Source: Octopus sinensis (lineage: Eukaryota). From it: 64,000 bases of DNA. Shown in pieces: positions 24,356-37,667 of this stretch. The position numbers and the translations under genes were made by a program. Where the stretch lies: the NCBI RefSeq assembly GCF_006345805.1, contig NC_043011.1:44094464-44158463 (forward strand), in the 5' to 3' direction. The notes under the pieces were generated by a model, which was given only the letters and a program-made list of their open reading frames with translations, did not search any database and was not told where the DNA came from. Each line of letters opens with the position of its first letter. The first letter of the stretch is position 1.

Positions 24356-27279
24356 ATGTATATATATATACGATTGGCTTATTTCAGTTTCCGTCTACCA
24401 AATCTACTCACTAGGCTTTGGTCAGTCCGAGGCTATAGTAGAAAACACTTTCCCAAGGTGCCATGCAGTGGGACTGAACTTGGAACCATGTGGCTGGGAA
24501 GCAAAGCTTCTTACCACACAGCCATGCCTGTGCCTAGTTGGTATTTTTTAACGAAATTTTCACTAAATACCTTCAGACAGTATAGATTATAATTATATCA
24601 GAATTTAATGTGAACAGAAAAATTTGACAGGCACTCACACACATACTCAAAATCACATTTCACAAAAATATCCACAAAATGAGGCTTGAAATTCGGAAAA
24701 GATTATGTGATGTGTAAGTAACTTGCTTACGAACCACATGGTTCCTGGTTCAGTCCCACTGCGTGGCACCTCGGGCAGGTGTCTTCTACTATAGCCTCGG
24801 GCTGACCAAAGCCTTGTGAGTGGATTTGGTAGACGGAATGTATGCGTGCATGCTAACCAATTTTTCTCTTTTTTTCTCATTAAATTCTGACATAATCATA
24901 ATCTATAACATTTCAAGGTATTTATTTGCTACTTGTTTCAGTTTTGGGGTTGTGGCCATGCTGGGGTGCCACCCGGAAGGGTTTAGTCAAGAAATCAATG
25001 CTAGTCTTTTTTTTTTAATATTTTTTTGTTAAGCCTGGTATCTGTTCTCGTGGTTGCTTTTTATTGAACTGCTCGGTTATAGGGGACATAAACAAACCAG
25101 CACCAGTTGTCAGGCGGCGGTGGTAGACAAATACAAAGATACACACACATGCATGCACACACACTCATACACAGGTACGCACACGCACACACACATGCAT
25201 ATACACAGACACATGCAGACACAAACACATACACACATGTGCACACACACACACACACACAAACACATACATGGTGGGCTTTTTTCAGTTTATGTCTACC
25301 AAATCCACTCACAAGGCTTTGATCAGACAAGAGTTATAGAAGAAGACACACCTGCCCAAGGTGCCATGGGATTGAACCTGATACCACATGGCTAGGAAGC
25401 AAGCTTCTTGACTACACAACCAGAAAATTCATTAGAAAATTCGGAGGGTGTGTGATGACACCTGCGTAGGTGTGCTGTGAATGAGAGTATGTTTGAACAT
25501 CATTAGCAGTGGTATTAATTGCAGTGTATGTATAGCAGCTGTAGTGTTTACATATGAGAAATGTGTGTGTGTGTGTGTGAGAGGGAGGGGCGGAGATTAA
25601 TTGTAATGAGTATAATAGCTGTAGTGAGTTTGTCAGAAAAATGTGTATTGAGTGAGAGAGAGAGAGAGAAAATTGTGAATGAGGAAGAGGAGTGACATAG
25701 TAGTAACATTCAACAGCAGTAATTCAGGTGGACGTTGCCACACTGGACACTCCAAAGAACAGACTGTCTCTGACATCAGTGATAAACATCTGTGGTCGTT
25801 GTTGTGGTGGTGAGGGACTTGAGTAGCTAAAATAAAGTACTAAGCAGGTACAGGTATAACACTGATATTTTGGGCAAGGGGCTAGTCAATTATATCGACC
25901 CCCAGTGCTTGACTGGTACTTATTTTATCTACCCCTAAAGGATGAAAGACAAAGTCAACCTTGGCGGAATTTGAACTCAGAACGTAAAGGGCAGATGAAA
26001 TACGTTCAGCATTTCGCCCAGTATGCTAATGATTCTAGCAGCTTGCCACCCTAATAATAATCCTTCTACTATAGGCACAAGGCCTGAATTTTGGGGGAGG
26101 GAGCCAGTCAATTAGATTGACTTACTACACAACCACACACACACACACACATATAAACATTTGTGCATGTTTTTTCTTTTCCAGTCGTGCTATCTTACCT
26201 CTGTTTACATAATAAATTGTCCCCCAAATACCTAAATATTAGTAAAATCTTTTGTCGTAAGGCTAGAAATAATCGATTCAATTAGTGTAATGATTTGGCA
26301 TCGAGGGCTAAATCACTGGCGGAGAATCTAACCTGGCTGTAGGAATTTCTACAAATGGCAATTGGCTAATGTTCTTTGCATAAGACAGGATAATGGAACA
26401 GTATATTTGGACTCTGGCAATAAAAATCAATAGATTAGGAACTGGAGTTGGTAGAGGCAGGAGGTGATGGACGGGGTGGGTTGGGATGGGATGGGGGTAC
26501 AGGTTGATAGTAAGAAAAAGTATATGGTGATGATGATGATGATGTTGATGGAAACTTGGTTACCTGGAATTTCCAGTTAATTAGTCAGAGAGGATTTATA
26601 CTACTACCACCATCACCACCATCAGCAACATCCCCCCACCCACACACACGCTTCATAGAACAAAAATAAAAGAAAAAAATCAAAATGGATTAAATTGAAG
26701 AAGGCAAAAACAAAACAACTAAGTCTAGATTACGAAAAAAATGCCACCAAAACAACATAAATATTGATTCTTTTTATTTAGATTTATTAATTTCTTGTAT
26801 TTATTTGGACTGTGGCCATGCTGGGGCAATGCCCTTCAAGGGTTTTAGTTGAGCAAATCAACCCCTTTGATTTTTGTCTTACTCTGCAGGATCCTTGTAG
26901 TTATTCGTTGTTTAAAAAAACCCGATTACATAAAAATAATTAAATATTATTTGGAATTGAATTTAAAAAATTGTTAAAATATGTTATGTATGGTAGAAGT
27001 ATAGCCAGTTTTTTACTCATAAATCTCGGCAACAAAATTTTATGTGGACCCCAGAATGCCATATGGGCCCCAATTGAAACCACTGCTATAGACAGTCACA
27101 ATTTTTGTTTTATTTTGTTCACCTACAATGTAAGCCTCTGCCCCCCCCTCTGCTTTTGGTAACCTGTTCCTCTATCTTATTTATTGCCCTTATAGCAAGT
27201 GGCTAATATTATTATTGATGTTGTTGTTGAACCCTTTGTCTGTCCTGTTTATAACACGATACACAGAACAGATTTCCTT

Positions 27280-27459
27280 GGTGTCCACATATTTTCGTTT
27301 GCTCCTTTTTATATCATTCCAAGTGTTCCAATAATAATAATAATAATAATAATAAATAATCTTGTTGCTTTGAAACGCCACCTTCTTCTGATTTCTGCCT
27401 TCCAAGTCCTTATATTTGCTCAATTTCTCAAATGTTTTCAAAGATTTTTATTATTATTA

Positions 27460-27494
<35 letters not shown>

Positions 27495-27835
27495 CGGGCT
27501 GCAACATCAATCAAAATACATGTCTTTTCAACATGATTTTTCACAATGCTATCTGGTGGGCCAACCCGAATTTCCCAATCAGTCTGTACGTTGGAATTCC
27601 AAAAGACAGTAACTTCAGCATTCTAGACAATTCGTGTTGGTTTATGTTCCCACCAATTCTCTTTGAGAGGGAGGCTGGAGTTCCATAATACATTCACACT
27701 ATCATTTCATCAGACAGCTGCTGGTTTCTCCAAGAACTCCCATACATTTACCATAACCTTTTTGCCTGTCTTTTGTATCAGATGTGATAAACAGGACATA
27801 CTTCCCTGGCATCCATGCATCATATATGATATACA
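27280..27835 (-). mobile_element. Degenerate R4/Dong-like LINE fragment
   Basis: IDVAA..(N)n..FEKLSKYKDLE on the minus strand; reverse complement of 33093-33615. Confidence 0.7.
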
Positions 27836-27926
27836 CCCACCCCTTTTTTTTAACTACCTGTTTGACTTGTGTCTTACAAAAGGAATGCTTTATATTACTC
27901 AGAAAATATGAAAATAAGCATGGATG

Positions 27927-28328
27927 TTTACTCTTTTACTTGTTTCAGTCATTTGATTGTGTCCATGATGGAGTACCGCCTTTAGTCGAGCAAATCGACC
28001 CCAGAACTTATTCTTTGGAAGCCTAGTACTTATTCTATCGGTCACTTTTGCTGAACCACTAAGTTACAGGGATGTAAACACACCAGCATTGGTTGTCAAG
28101 CGATGTTGGGGGTACAAACACACACACAGACAATCATATACACACACATACATATACATATATACGACGGGCTTCTTTCAGTTTCCGTCTACCAAATCCA
28201 CACATAAGGCTTTGGTCGGCCCGAGGCTATAGTAGAAGACACTTGCCCAAAATGTCACGCAGTGGGACTGAACCCAGAACCATGTGGTTGGTAAGTAAGC
28301 TACTTACCACACAGCCACTCCTGTGCCT
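27927..28328 (-). mobile_element. SINE family 2 with internal (CA/TA)n; other copies at 2083-2470, 5785-6300, 13498-13866, 23875-24530, 29029-29362, 50600-50990, 52275-52620
   Basis: Head ggagtggctgtgtggtaag...ggttcagtccc, tail aaacaagtaaaagagtaaa. Confidence 0.85.
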
Positions 28329-28545
28329 AGGATAAAATTCTGAAAATACTTTGGACAGCAAAGTTTTAATTTTTTTTTTCTTGCATTTCAGGAGAAATTT
28401 GATTGTCTTTGTAATGCATCCTCATTTGTTGTCCTTGAGGCAAATTATCTATTGTTGTTATTGATGTTGTTTGTGGATTGTAGAAAGGATTATTGGTGTC
28501 ATTTTTTATTTTTTCTCTAATTCTTTGTTTGTTGTTGTATTTCAG

Positions 28546-28654
28546 GAGAAAACTATCGAGATAAAAAATAAAGTGGATCTCCCTCATTTAAGAGACCCAA
28601 ACCTCATTAAAGACAATGATTTGACTTCCTTGAATTATCTCAATGAACCAGAAG
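28546..28654 (+). CDS. Myo5: Myosin V exon EKTIEIKNKVDLPHLRDPNLIKDNDLTSLNYLNEPE
   Basis: ttgtatttcag acceptor, gtaagc donor, phase 0 to 1. Confidence 0.88.
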
Positions 28655-30494
28655 GTAAGCATTGTGTGTGTGTGTGTGGTTGTCATGGTGGTGGTTGGTG
28701 TCTGTATCACACAAATACATCCCCCTCCAGCTGTAGTGATTTTCATATTAGATTATCAGAGGTAGGGATAGTGACCTTGACCTTTGCTACTCTCCCCCTC
28801 CACACTAGTGAGGCTGATTTTCCCTCTATACCTGTATAATTTGACAGTGTTCTTAGGGAAAGTGAATAGTGCTGGGGCTTATATATTTTATGTGGAAGCT
28901 GAGAGATGTAGGGTGGAAGGATTGGGCATGGTATTTTCTGGCATGCAAGTCAAATTTTTCTGACCAAAATTTACTGTAAAAAAAAAATATATATATATAT
29001 ATATCATCATCATCATCATATATATATAAGGCACAGGAGTGGCTGTGTGGTAAGTAGCTTGCTTACCAACCACATGGTTCCAAGTTCAGTCCCACTGCAT
29101 GGCACCTTGTGAGTGGATTTGGTAGACGGAAACTGAAAGAAGCTCGTCGTATATATATGTATATGTATATATGTCTGTGTTTGTCTCCGCAACATTGTTT
29201 GATAACCGATGGTCCCCATAACGTAACGATTTGGCAAAAGAGACCGATAGAATAAGTACTAGGCTTACAAAGAATAAGTCCTGGGGTCGATTTTTTTCGA
29301 CTAAAGGCAGTGCTCCAGGATGGCCACAGTCAAATGACTGGAACAAGTAAAAGAGTAAAAGAATATCAGGGCGACTGATACGTCAGAAGATTGTTGGAAG
29401 ACCAAAAATTCCATGATGTGAAATAAAGCAGAATTTGGAAAAATTGTGAAGATCTTTGAATGTTTATGCTATATAACTACATCGAATTGAATGTCAGAAA
29501 ATATGACATGTAGTGTAAACTTTTGAATATCATCACTCACTTTCCAAAGCCTGCTACATTTTTACATGGAATTTTGGCTGTGAATTCTGGTCTGAAAAAT
29601 TCAACTTGCATGCTGGAAAATATAGTAATACGTTGGTTATTAGCAGGGTTTGTGTGGAAAAGTGGCCTTCCTGGAAAAGCGACACAATGTGGTATCCTTT
29701 GGTAGATCTATATTATTGTAAACTGGCAGAAATATTTGAAGAATTAGTGAGTGAGAATAGGAACAAAGTAGAATGAGCCAGATCAGCTTAACCCTTTTGT
29801 TACTGTATTTCTTTTGAGATGCTCTGTGTTTCTTTAAATTAATTTTAAATATAACAAAGAATTTAGTAAAATAACTTAATTATCATTAAGCTAGTGTTAG
29901 GACCATAAATTGTGACTAAGGTTTGGTGGAAGATTTTAATTCAGAACTTTTGAAAACAAGACATTTGAACTACAGAGCCAGAAGCAGTTTCAGATGGGTT
30001 GGTATCGAAAGGATTAATCTGAATGCATGGTCAAAGAGCTTTTCACATGTAGCTTCAGTGTAAGGAGTGATGGTGTGGGTAGGATTGGTAACAGTGAAAA
30101 TTGAGATAGTGGTGTGGCGGATACATATCATAGTCTTCCAGCTGTGACTATTTTGTTTACACACACACACACACACTCACACACAAGTACTCACTGTTTA
30201 TCTTGTTCTTCATTATCATTTAACATCCATTTTCCATGCTGGCATGGGTTGAACGATTTGACTGAGAACTGGTAAGCTAGGGAGCTGCACCAGGTTCCAA
30301 TCTAATTTGGCACGGTTTCTACAGCTGGATCTTACATTAACCATGGTTGGTACCTATTTCTTTATTACCCACAAGGGGCTAAACACAGAGGGGACAACCA
30401 TGGTTGGTATCCGTGTATATACACACACACACACACACACATTGTTTGTCAAGTTTAGTATCTTTCATCAAGCTTGTTTCTATCTCTATTTCAG

Positions 30495-30551
30495 TTCTGC
30501 ACACACTCAAGGTCCGCTTTATTGATAAGAATATATTCTACACATATTGTG
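30495..30551 (+). CDS. Myo5: Myosin V exon VLHTLKVRFIDKNIFYTYC(G)
   Basis: tatttcag acceptor, gtgagt donor, 57 nt, phase 1 to 1; not in the ORF track. Confidence 0.9.
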
Positions 30552-30765
30552 GTGAGTAAATTTCTGTTACTTTATAAAGATGTATATATTAATCGAAGTG
30601 AACAGTATTATATATCCATTACAGCTGATCTTACCTATTGGTTTCGCACTAGGGGTTTAAAAGAGTGTTAGGTAACAGTCCAATTATGTAACTCTGCACT
30701 CACCAGAGGTAGCCATTATGGAATGAAATATGACCATATTTCATTCCTTATGGACTCTTAGGCAG

Positions 30766-30845
<80 letters not shown>

Positions 30846-30938
30846 ACAGATAAAGGGTGAAATATAATTAATTTAATAAAATCAACAAATTTCACCAAGT
30901 AGTTTTTCGGTATGAAAAAGGACCATATTAGGTAAAAT

Positions 30939-31209
30939 TATATATAATTATAACAATGAGGATCTTTGCAACAGGTTGCTAGACCACATACCAAAAGTAT
31001 TAGAAATAGCAGCCAGACGACTATTATTTCTTTTACTTCAAAAATATGTCCCACAGACAACAGTATTTGTAACAAATACAAATACTGTTGTCCGTGGGAC
31101 ATATTTTTGTAGTAAAAGAAATAATAGTCGTCTGGCTGCTATTTCTAATACTTTTGGTATGTGGTCTAGCAACCTGTTGCAAAGACCCTCATTGTTATAA
31201 TTATATATA
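30939..31209. repeat. Fold-back palindrome, 133-bp arms, 5-nt loop
   Basis: 30939-31071 is the reverse complement of 31077-31209 with about 3 mismatches. Confidence 0.95.
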
Positions 31210-31863
31210 TATAGAGAGAGAGGGAGATACCTTTTTTTCTGTTACCTATTTGAATCATCAGCTGTATGACAAGAAAACTCCAGAAAAATTGGGTATTACA
31301 TGAGCTGAAATAAGTCATTACTATACTCTGTGGTTCCAATCAGTTTTTTTTCACCTGTTCATTAATTCTCTCTCTCTCTCACTCACTCACTCTGTGTGTG
31401 TGGCCTTTCTGCACTATTTCTGTTTATCAGATTCCATTTGCCAGCAATAATCATTATGCTAATCATCCTTTCTTCTCATCACAGGTGTACTTTTAATTGC
31501 AATGTTTACTCCAGTACAATGCCTTCTCAAATATAATACAACCTGCTTTTCCCACCTTTTGTGTCAGGAAGTCAGTAATATGTAATATATTTAATGCTTA
31601 CTCTCCATTATAACATTATCCTTCTACCAACAATTTTACTTTGATGTTTTCTTATTAAATTTCTCACATTATACACGTCTAAATACAGTAATTAAAAATT
31701 GCTTGTCTCACTCCATTATGTAAAGTTTCCACCAACATTACTAAAAATACTATTTCTGGCCTTGATTAAGAAATCCTGCTTGAATGGGGCAACTGAAATA
31801 ACATTATTCACTACAGCAGAGCAGGCCACCACTGGAAAGTATACAGAAAATTATGTCCAATAC

Positions 31864-32784
31864 TATTGGGTCGGTACATAATTATTGTGGGGTTTTTTTT
31901 TCATCAAATTTTATTCAACAAAAACAATAACAACATGTAACAAAAACATCTTTAAATGATTATTCCGGAGCACATTCACCATTTTATTTCTTTATTGCCC
32001 ACAAGGGGCTACACACAGAGAGTACAAACAAGGACAGACAAACGGATTAAGTCGATTACATCGAGCCCGGTGCGTAACTGGTACTTATTTAATCAACCCT
32101 GAAAGGATGAAAGGCAAACTTGATCTCAGCGGAATTTGAACTCAGAACGTAGCGGCAGACGAGATACTGCTATGCATTTCATCCGGCGTGCTAACGTCTC
32201 TTATTTCTTTACTGACCACAAGGGGCTACACACAGAGGGGACAAACAAGGACAGACAAATGGATGAAGTCGATTATATCGACCCCAGTACGTAACTTATT
32301 TAATCGATCCCGAAAGGATAAGTCGACCTCGGCAGAATTTGAACTCAGAACGTAGTGGCAGACGAAATACCTATTTCTTTACAACCCACAAGGGGCTACT
32401 CACAGAGGGGACAAACAAGGACAGACAAACAGATTAAGTCGATTACATCGACCCCAGTGCGTAACAGGTACTTATTTAATCAACCCTGAAAGGATGAAAG
32501 GCAAAGTTGATCACAGTGGATTTTGAACTCAGAACGTAGCAGCAGACGAGATACTGCTATGCATTTCGTCCGGCGTGCTAACGTTTCTGCCATCTCACCG
32601 CCTTATTCACCATCTACTTCAATTTAGATGGAGCATATTCACCATCTATTTCAATTACTGCTTCCCATTTGCTTGGCAGACAGTCGGACCGTCATTTAAA
32701 GATGTTTTTGTTAAATATTGTTATTGTTTTTGTTGAATAAAATTTAATGGAAAAAAGCCGCAATGATTGTGCACCAACCCAATA
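31864..32784. mobile_element. Mariner-type MITE (TA TSD) with nested triple SINE
   Basis: TA-ttgggtcggtaca... and ...tgcaccaacccaa-TA; about 95-bp imperfect TIRs; SINE array 31985-32605 bounded by attcaccat repeats. Confidence 0.7.
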
Positions 32785-33092
32785 CGAAGCAAATGACACC
32801 TGTAAAGTGTAGTTCCTGATAGAATGCACTGTATTATACTAGGGTGATCCATATTAGCTTCCACAAAATATCGACAAGATAAAGTGAAAACAACTGCTCT
32901 ATTAATAATAGCTGGTGATTCAGTTTGAACTCCTCAAATCTATGCCTGTCCAAAGTATTTTCATAAGTTTGTCCTAAATGTCCATGCTTGTTTTGCAGAC
33001 TTGTAGTTGGCCCTTGTTTCATATGGTCTGATTAATATAAAGTTTTCCTTTTTGTAAGTCCCAAGTTAATGGTGGTTGGGAAAAAATCAGAC

Positions 33093-33615
33093 TGTGTATC
33101 ATATATGATGCATGGATGCTAGGGGAGTATGTTCTGTTTATACCATCTGATACGCAGGACAGGCAAAAAGGTTAAGGTAAACGTATGGGAGTTCTTGGAG
33201 AAACCAGCAGCCATCTGTGGGAATGATAGTGTGAATGTATTACGGAACTCTAACCTTCCTCGCAAAGAGAATTAGTGGGAACAGAAACCAACATGAATTG
33301 TCTAGAATGCTGAGGTTAACATCTTTTGAAATTCCAGTGTACAGACTGATTGGAAAATTCGGGTTAGCCCACAAGATAGCATTGTGAAAAATCATGTTAA
33401 AAAGATGTGTATTTTAATTAATGTTACAGCCCCATCTAATAATAATAATAAAAAAAAAAATCATCTTTGAAAACATTTGAGGAATTGAGCAAATATAAGG
33501 ACTTGGAGGTAGAAATCAGAAGAATGTAGCATCTCAAAGCAACAAGATTATTTATTATTATTATTGGGACGCTTGGAATTATATTAAAAAGAGCAAACGA
33601 ATTATGTGGACCAAA
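33093..33615 (+). mobile_element. Degenerate R4/Dong-like LINE fragment
   Basis: WEQKP...SVQTD.KI...KKMCILINVTAPSN...ELSKYKDLEVEIRRM with stops and frameshifts. Confidence 0.7.
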
Positions 33616-34208
33616 TTCCTAGCAGACTCAAAATATGTGAATTTGCAAAAAATTATCTCTAAGGGTGTTTCACATATTTTTTGTAAATTCCTCCCCATGT
33701 AAATGCAATCATATTCATTCGGTTTTATTTTGAATTTATAAAAAATTTTTAAACACGCAGACATCAGATATTTTGCGTCTTTAAATGTAAAATCTTGTTG
33801 TCCCTTGACGTCTCCAGTCGAGACTTTGCTGCAGCTTGTATAAATTAAAACAAAGGCAAAACGTGATTGTAATAATAATAATAATAATAATAACAAAAAA
33901 AGAGAAAAACAAAGAAAATACAGTTCCTTAAAATTTGAATAGAATGCCTCTTATGGAAAGTTTGTCTCTTAGGGATAGCAAGGATGATCAGGAGGGTTCC
34001 AAGCACTTAAAAGACTGCTGAAAATGTGTGAATACCTAAGGTTGCAGGTAGTAACCCACTACCCATGTAAATCCTATCAGGAATAAGACCAAACCTGAAC
34101 CTTGCTTCTATAATAATAATAATGATGACGACGACGACGACGAGGACAGTAATAAAAATAATGATGTTGATGATGATGATAATAATAATAATTGTCTCTC
34201 TTTGTTAG

Positions 34209-34356
34209 GAATTATTCTGGTTGCTATCAATCCATATCAAGATGTGGATATCTACGATGAAACCACCCTAGAGATCTACCGTTACCAGAAGATCTTGAAA
34301 AATCTGGATCCTCACATATATGCAGTCGCTGCAGAAGCTTTCAACCAGATGACCAG
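34209..34356 (+). CDS. Myo5: Myosin V exon IILVAINPY...DPHIYAVAAEAFNQMT(R)
   Basis: tttgttag acceptor, gttaga donor, phase 1 to 2. Confidence 0.93.
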
Positions 34357-34858
34357 GTTAGAAAAAAACACTATTACCACTAATAATAATAATGATAATG
34401 TTAATAATATTGATGATTTCTTTTTATTTACCTGTAGGGCGACGAATGAGTGAATTAAATGATTAAAATAATAATGATAGTAATAATAACAATAACTAAA
34501 AGGGTAAAGACCCCCTTCGGTCATGAATGACCATGGGATTGCACCTAGAAAGTTACCCTCCTAGACACAAGTCCGGGCAAGGTTGTTTATGGAAGGCCAG
34601 CAGTCGCCCATGCATACCAGCCTCCCCTCCCCTCTCCACGCCACCAGTGTTATCCAAGGTAAAAGACAAAGGTCGATATGGCTTGGCACCAGTGACGTCG
34701 CAACTCATTTCTACAGCTGAGTGAACTGGAGCAACGTGAAATAAAGTGCCTTGCTCAAGAACACAACACGCAGCCTGGTCCAGGATTCAAGCTCACAACC
34801 TCACGATCGTAAGCTCGACGCTCTAACTACTGAGCCATGCGCCTTCACTAATAATAAC

Positions 34859-34889
<31 letters not shown>

Positions 34890-34891
<2 letters not shown>

Positions 34892-35450
34892 ATGCCCTGA
34901 TGCAATGCCAGGCAGTAGCTCTCATGGCTTCTGGCCTTAACTGGAAGTGTTATCAAGTACATTATTTTGTCTTAGTATTAAAGATGTGCCACAGCAAATA
35001 TTCTACTCTATACCACAGATTTGCTTGTCAGTCAGTTGTTTGACCGTAACCAGTTGAGCAGGTCCCTTGGTGGCTGACGATATGTGCATCTCTGATCATG
35101 AGCAGAAGTAGTTGGGGAGCATCATAGCCGTGTGTTGAAAGGAATTCTTAGAGGTTTGGATAATTCACCTTTGGAAACATGGGTGGTTCGTTCAACATCC
35201 TTAAACAATCCTTATTCAGGGACCTCTTGAGCGGGATGGGCTACTCGACCTGAAGAAAATTCTAACTGGGCCCCCACCTGCAAGGTCATGTGTTGTTTAT
35301 CTTGAATTGAGATCACTATGTTGCACACATATAGTTGTAATGCATGTGCCTAGGGTACCCTTATCAGATAAGTAGACATGACGGGTATATTGGGCTTTGT
35401 ATATTTGTACCCCAGTGGTACTTTGATGGCATGCACTGCTCTCTCACTCA
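34890..35450 (+). mobile_element. About 560-bp non-coding element inserted in (AAT)n
   Basis: Full-length inverted homologue at 40926-41485; both copies bounded by (AAT)n. Confidence 0.75.
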
Positions 35451-35755
35451 ATAATAATAATAATAATAATAATGGATAAAGGAGATTGAAATAGAATGCC
35501 TGGTGGAGCTCCTATAGAAAGTTTGTCTGTTAGGGACAGCAAGGACTATCAGGAGAGTTCTAAGCATTTGAAAGACTGCTGAAAGCTAGTGGATACCTAA
35601 AGATATGTATCAAATCTACTCACTAGACTTTGGTCAGCCTTAGGGCTATACTAGGAGACACTAGCCCAATGTGCCATGCCATGGGTCTGAACCTTTTCTT
35701 TTTTCTCAGTTATATAACAATATTTGTTGTGATTATGTAACATAGTAAGAGGTGC

Positions 35756-35831
<76 letters not shown>

Positions 35832-35889
35832 TCTATGTATAACTCATGTGGATAGTGATGTTCACAGTATATAAAATTTCTATTTATAG

Positions 35890-36043
35890 ATTCAAAGTGA
35901 ATCAGTCAATCATCGTTAGTGGTGAGTCTGGTGCAGGAAAGACTGTTTCAGCCAAACACACCATGCATTATTTTGCCAGAGTGGGTGGATCCACCGAGAC
36001 AGCAATTCACGATAAAGTATTAGCATCTAATCCTATTATGGAG
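35890..36043 (+). CDS. Myo5: Myosin V P-loop exon ([15 protein letters not shown]...ASNPIME)
   Basis: tttatag acceptor, gtaagt donor, phase 2 to 0. Confidence 0.95.
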
Positions 36044-36457
36044 GTAAGTTGAAAAAGTGTTACTATTGTAGTCATACTTTCTCGAGACGAATACCACAGT
36101 TTCAAGGCTTTCTACAGTGTGTCTGCATTAAGTATGTTATACAGAATGCAGTTCTAAACTAATACTGATTCCATCACTAATAACAAATTTTTATCCATAC
36201 TTCTGGCCAGTTGTGACATCAGTGATTTGTCGATCACTGTTTTTTTTATATCAGCAAAGGCTAAATTTGTCATAGCACACAGTTGCTGATGGATTGCTTG
36301 CTACTGATGTCACTCAAAAAAGCAGAAATATGTATCTAGTAATTCCACCACTACAGCAGCCCCTTTTCCTCTGCTACTGATTATATTTCTGTGTTTTTTA
36401 ACACTGTAAGTTTACATTAGATGCTTTCTTGAGACTAATATTGCAGTTTAGAAGGCT

Positions 36458-36493
<36 letters not shown>

Positions 36494-37536
36494 AAACAAC
36501 CTCGAGCCAACGAATAAGTAAAGAAACTCTCTTTATTACAAAATACAGGCCCCTTCTGAATGCATCTACCATATATCCACCTCAGCTTTACAATAACACA
36601 AATACACATGCAAATATTACATTCCTAAGAATCCCAGCTATAACCCACAAGGTGTCAACTTTAAGTCATCCAACATCCCACAACTTCCATGCATTCATAT
36701 TCTCCCTTCTTCTTCTTCTTTTTCTTCTTCTTCTTAGAAATTAACCCATCTATGAATGATGTCAGCTAACAAACGCTTCCCCTAGGTTTGGTTATCAATC
36801 GCATCTGTGTTAGATGACTATCCTGTCGTGGAGACATCGAGGCAACCTCGTATTTGTTTATAAGACGACTGCTTAAGACTCCGAAATTTTTGACTAATGC
36901 CAATATAATAGTACAATACAGAATGCTGTGTGTGACTTTTACCTGAGAATGTACCTTAAGAATGTGAAATTGTAAAACAAAGTTATGTAGGCCTAGAATT
37001 ATGACCAAATCAACTTATGACCATTCAGTTGGAACCAATTGTGGTTGTAAGTCGATGACAACCTATATTACATAAATGGAGCAAAGTCATTATCAAGCTA
37101 GGCAAAATGCTTACCAGTATTTCATCTGTCTTTACGTTCTGAGTTCAAATTCCACCGAGGTCAACTTTGTCTTTCGTCCTTTCAGGGTCAATAAATTAAG
37201 TACCAGTTACGCATTGAGGATTGATGTAATCAACTAGCCCTCTCCCCCAAATTTTAGGTCTTGTGCCTTTGTTAGAAAGGATTATTACATGAATGATAAC
37301 AAGATATCTCAATCAATAAAATTATCTATTCTACATGTTTTCTGATAAAACTGGCCTGATCCAGCCTCTCACACATACCCTACAATGTCATTCTGAAAAT
37401 ACATAATCACATAAAAAGCACTTGTGCAGGTGCCATGTAAAATGCACCCAGTATTTCCTCTTCAAATAATTAAAAGCCAACAAACAAACGTATTTTTCAT
37501 TTTTCATTTCTTACTTTTTTTTTTTGATATTTTCAG

Positions 37537-37667
37537 TCCTTTGGAAATGCTAAGACAATCAGAAATGACAACAGCAGCCGATTCGGAAAATACATTGAAA
37601 TTGCCTTTGGCAGTAAAAACTACATCATTGGTGCTAACATGAAAACATATCTACTGGAAAAATCAAG
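37537..37667 (+). CDS. Myo5: Myosin V switch I exon ([19 protein letters not shown]...LLEKS)
   Basis: attttcag acceptor, gttctt donor, phase 0 to 2. Confidence 0.95.
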
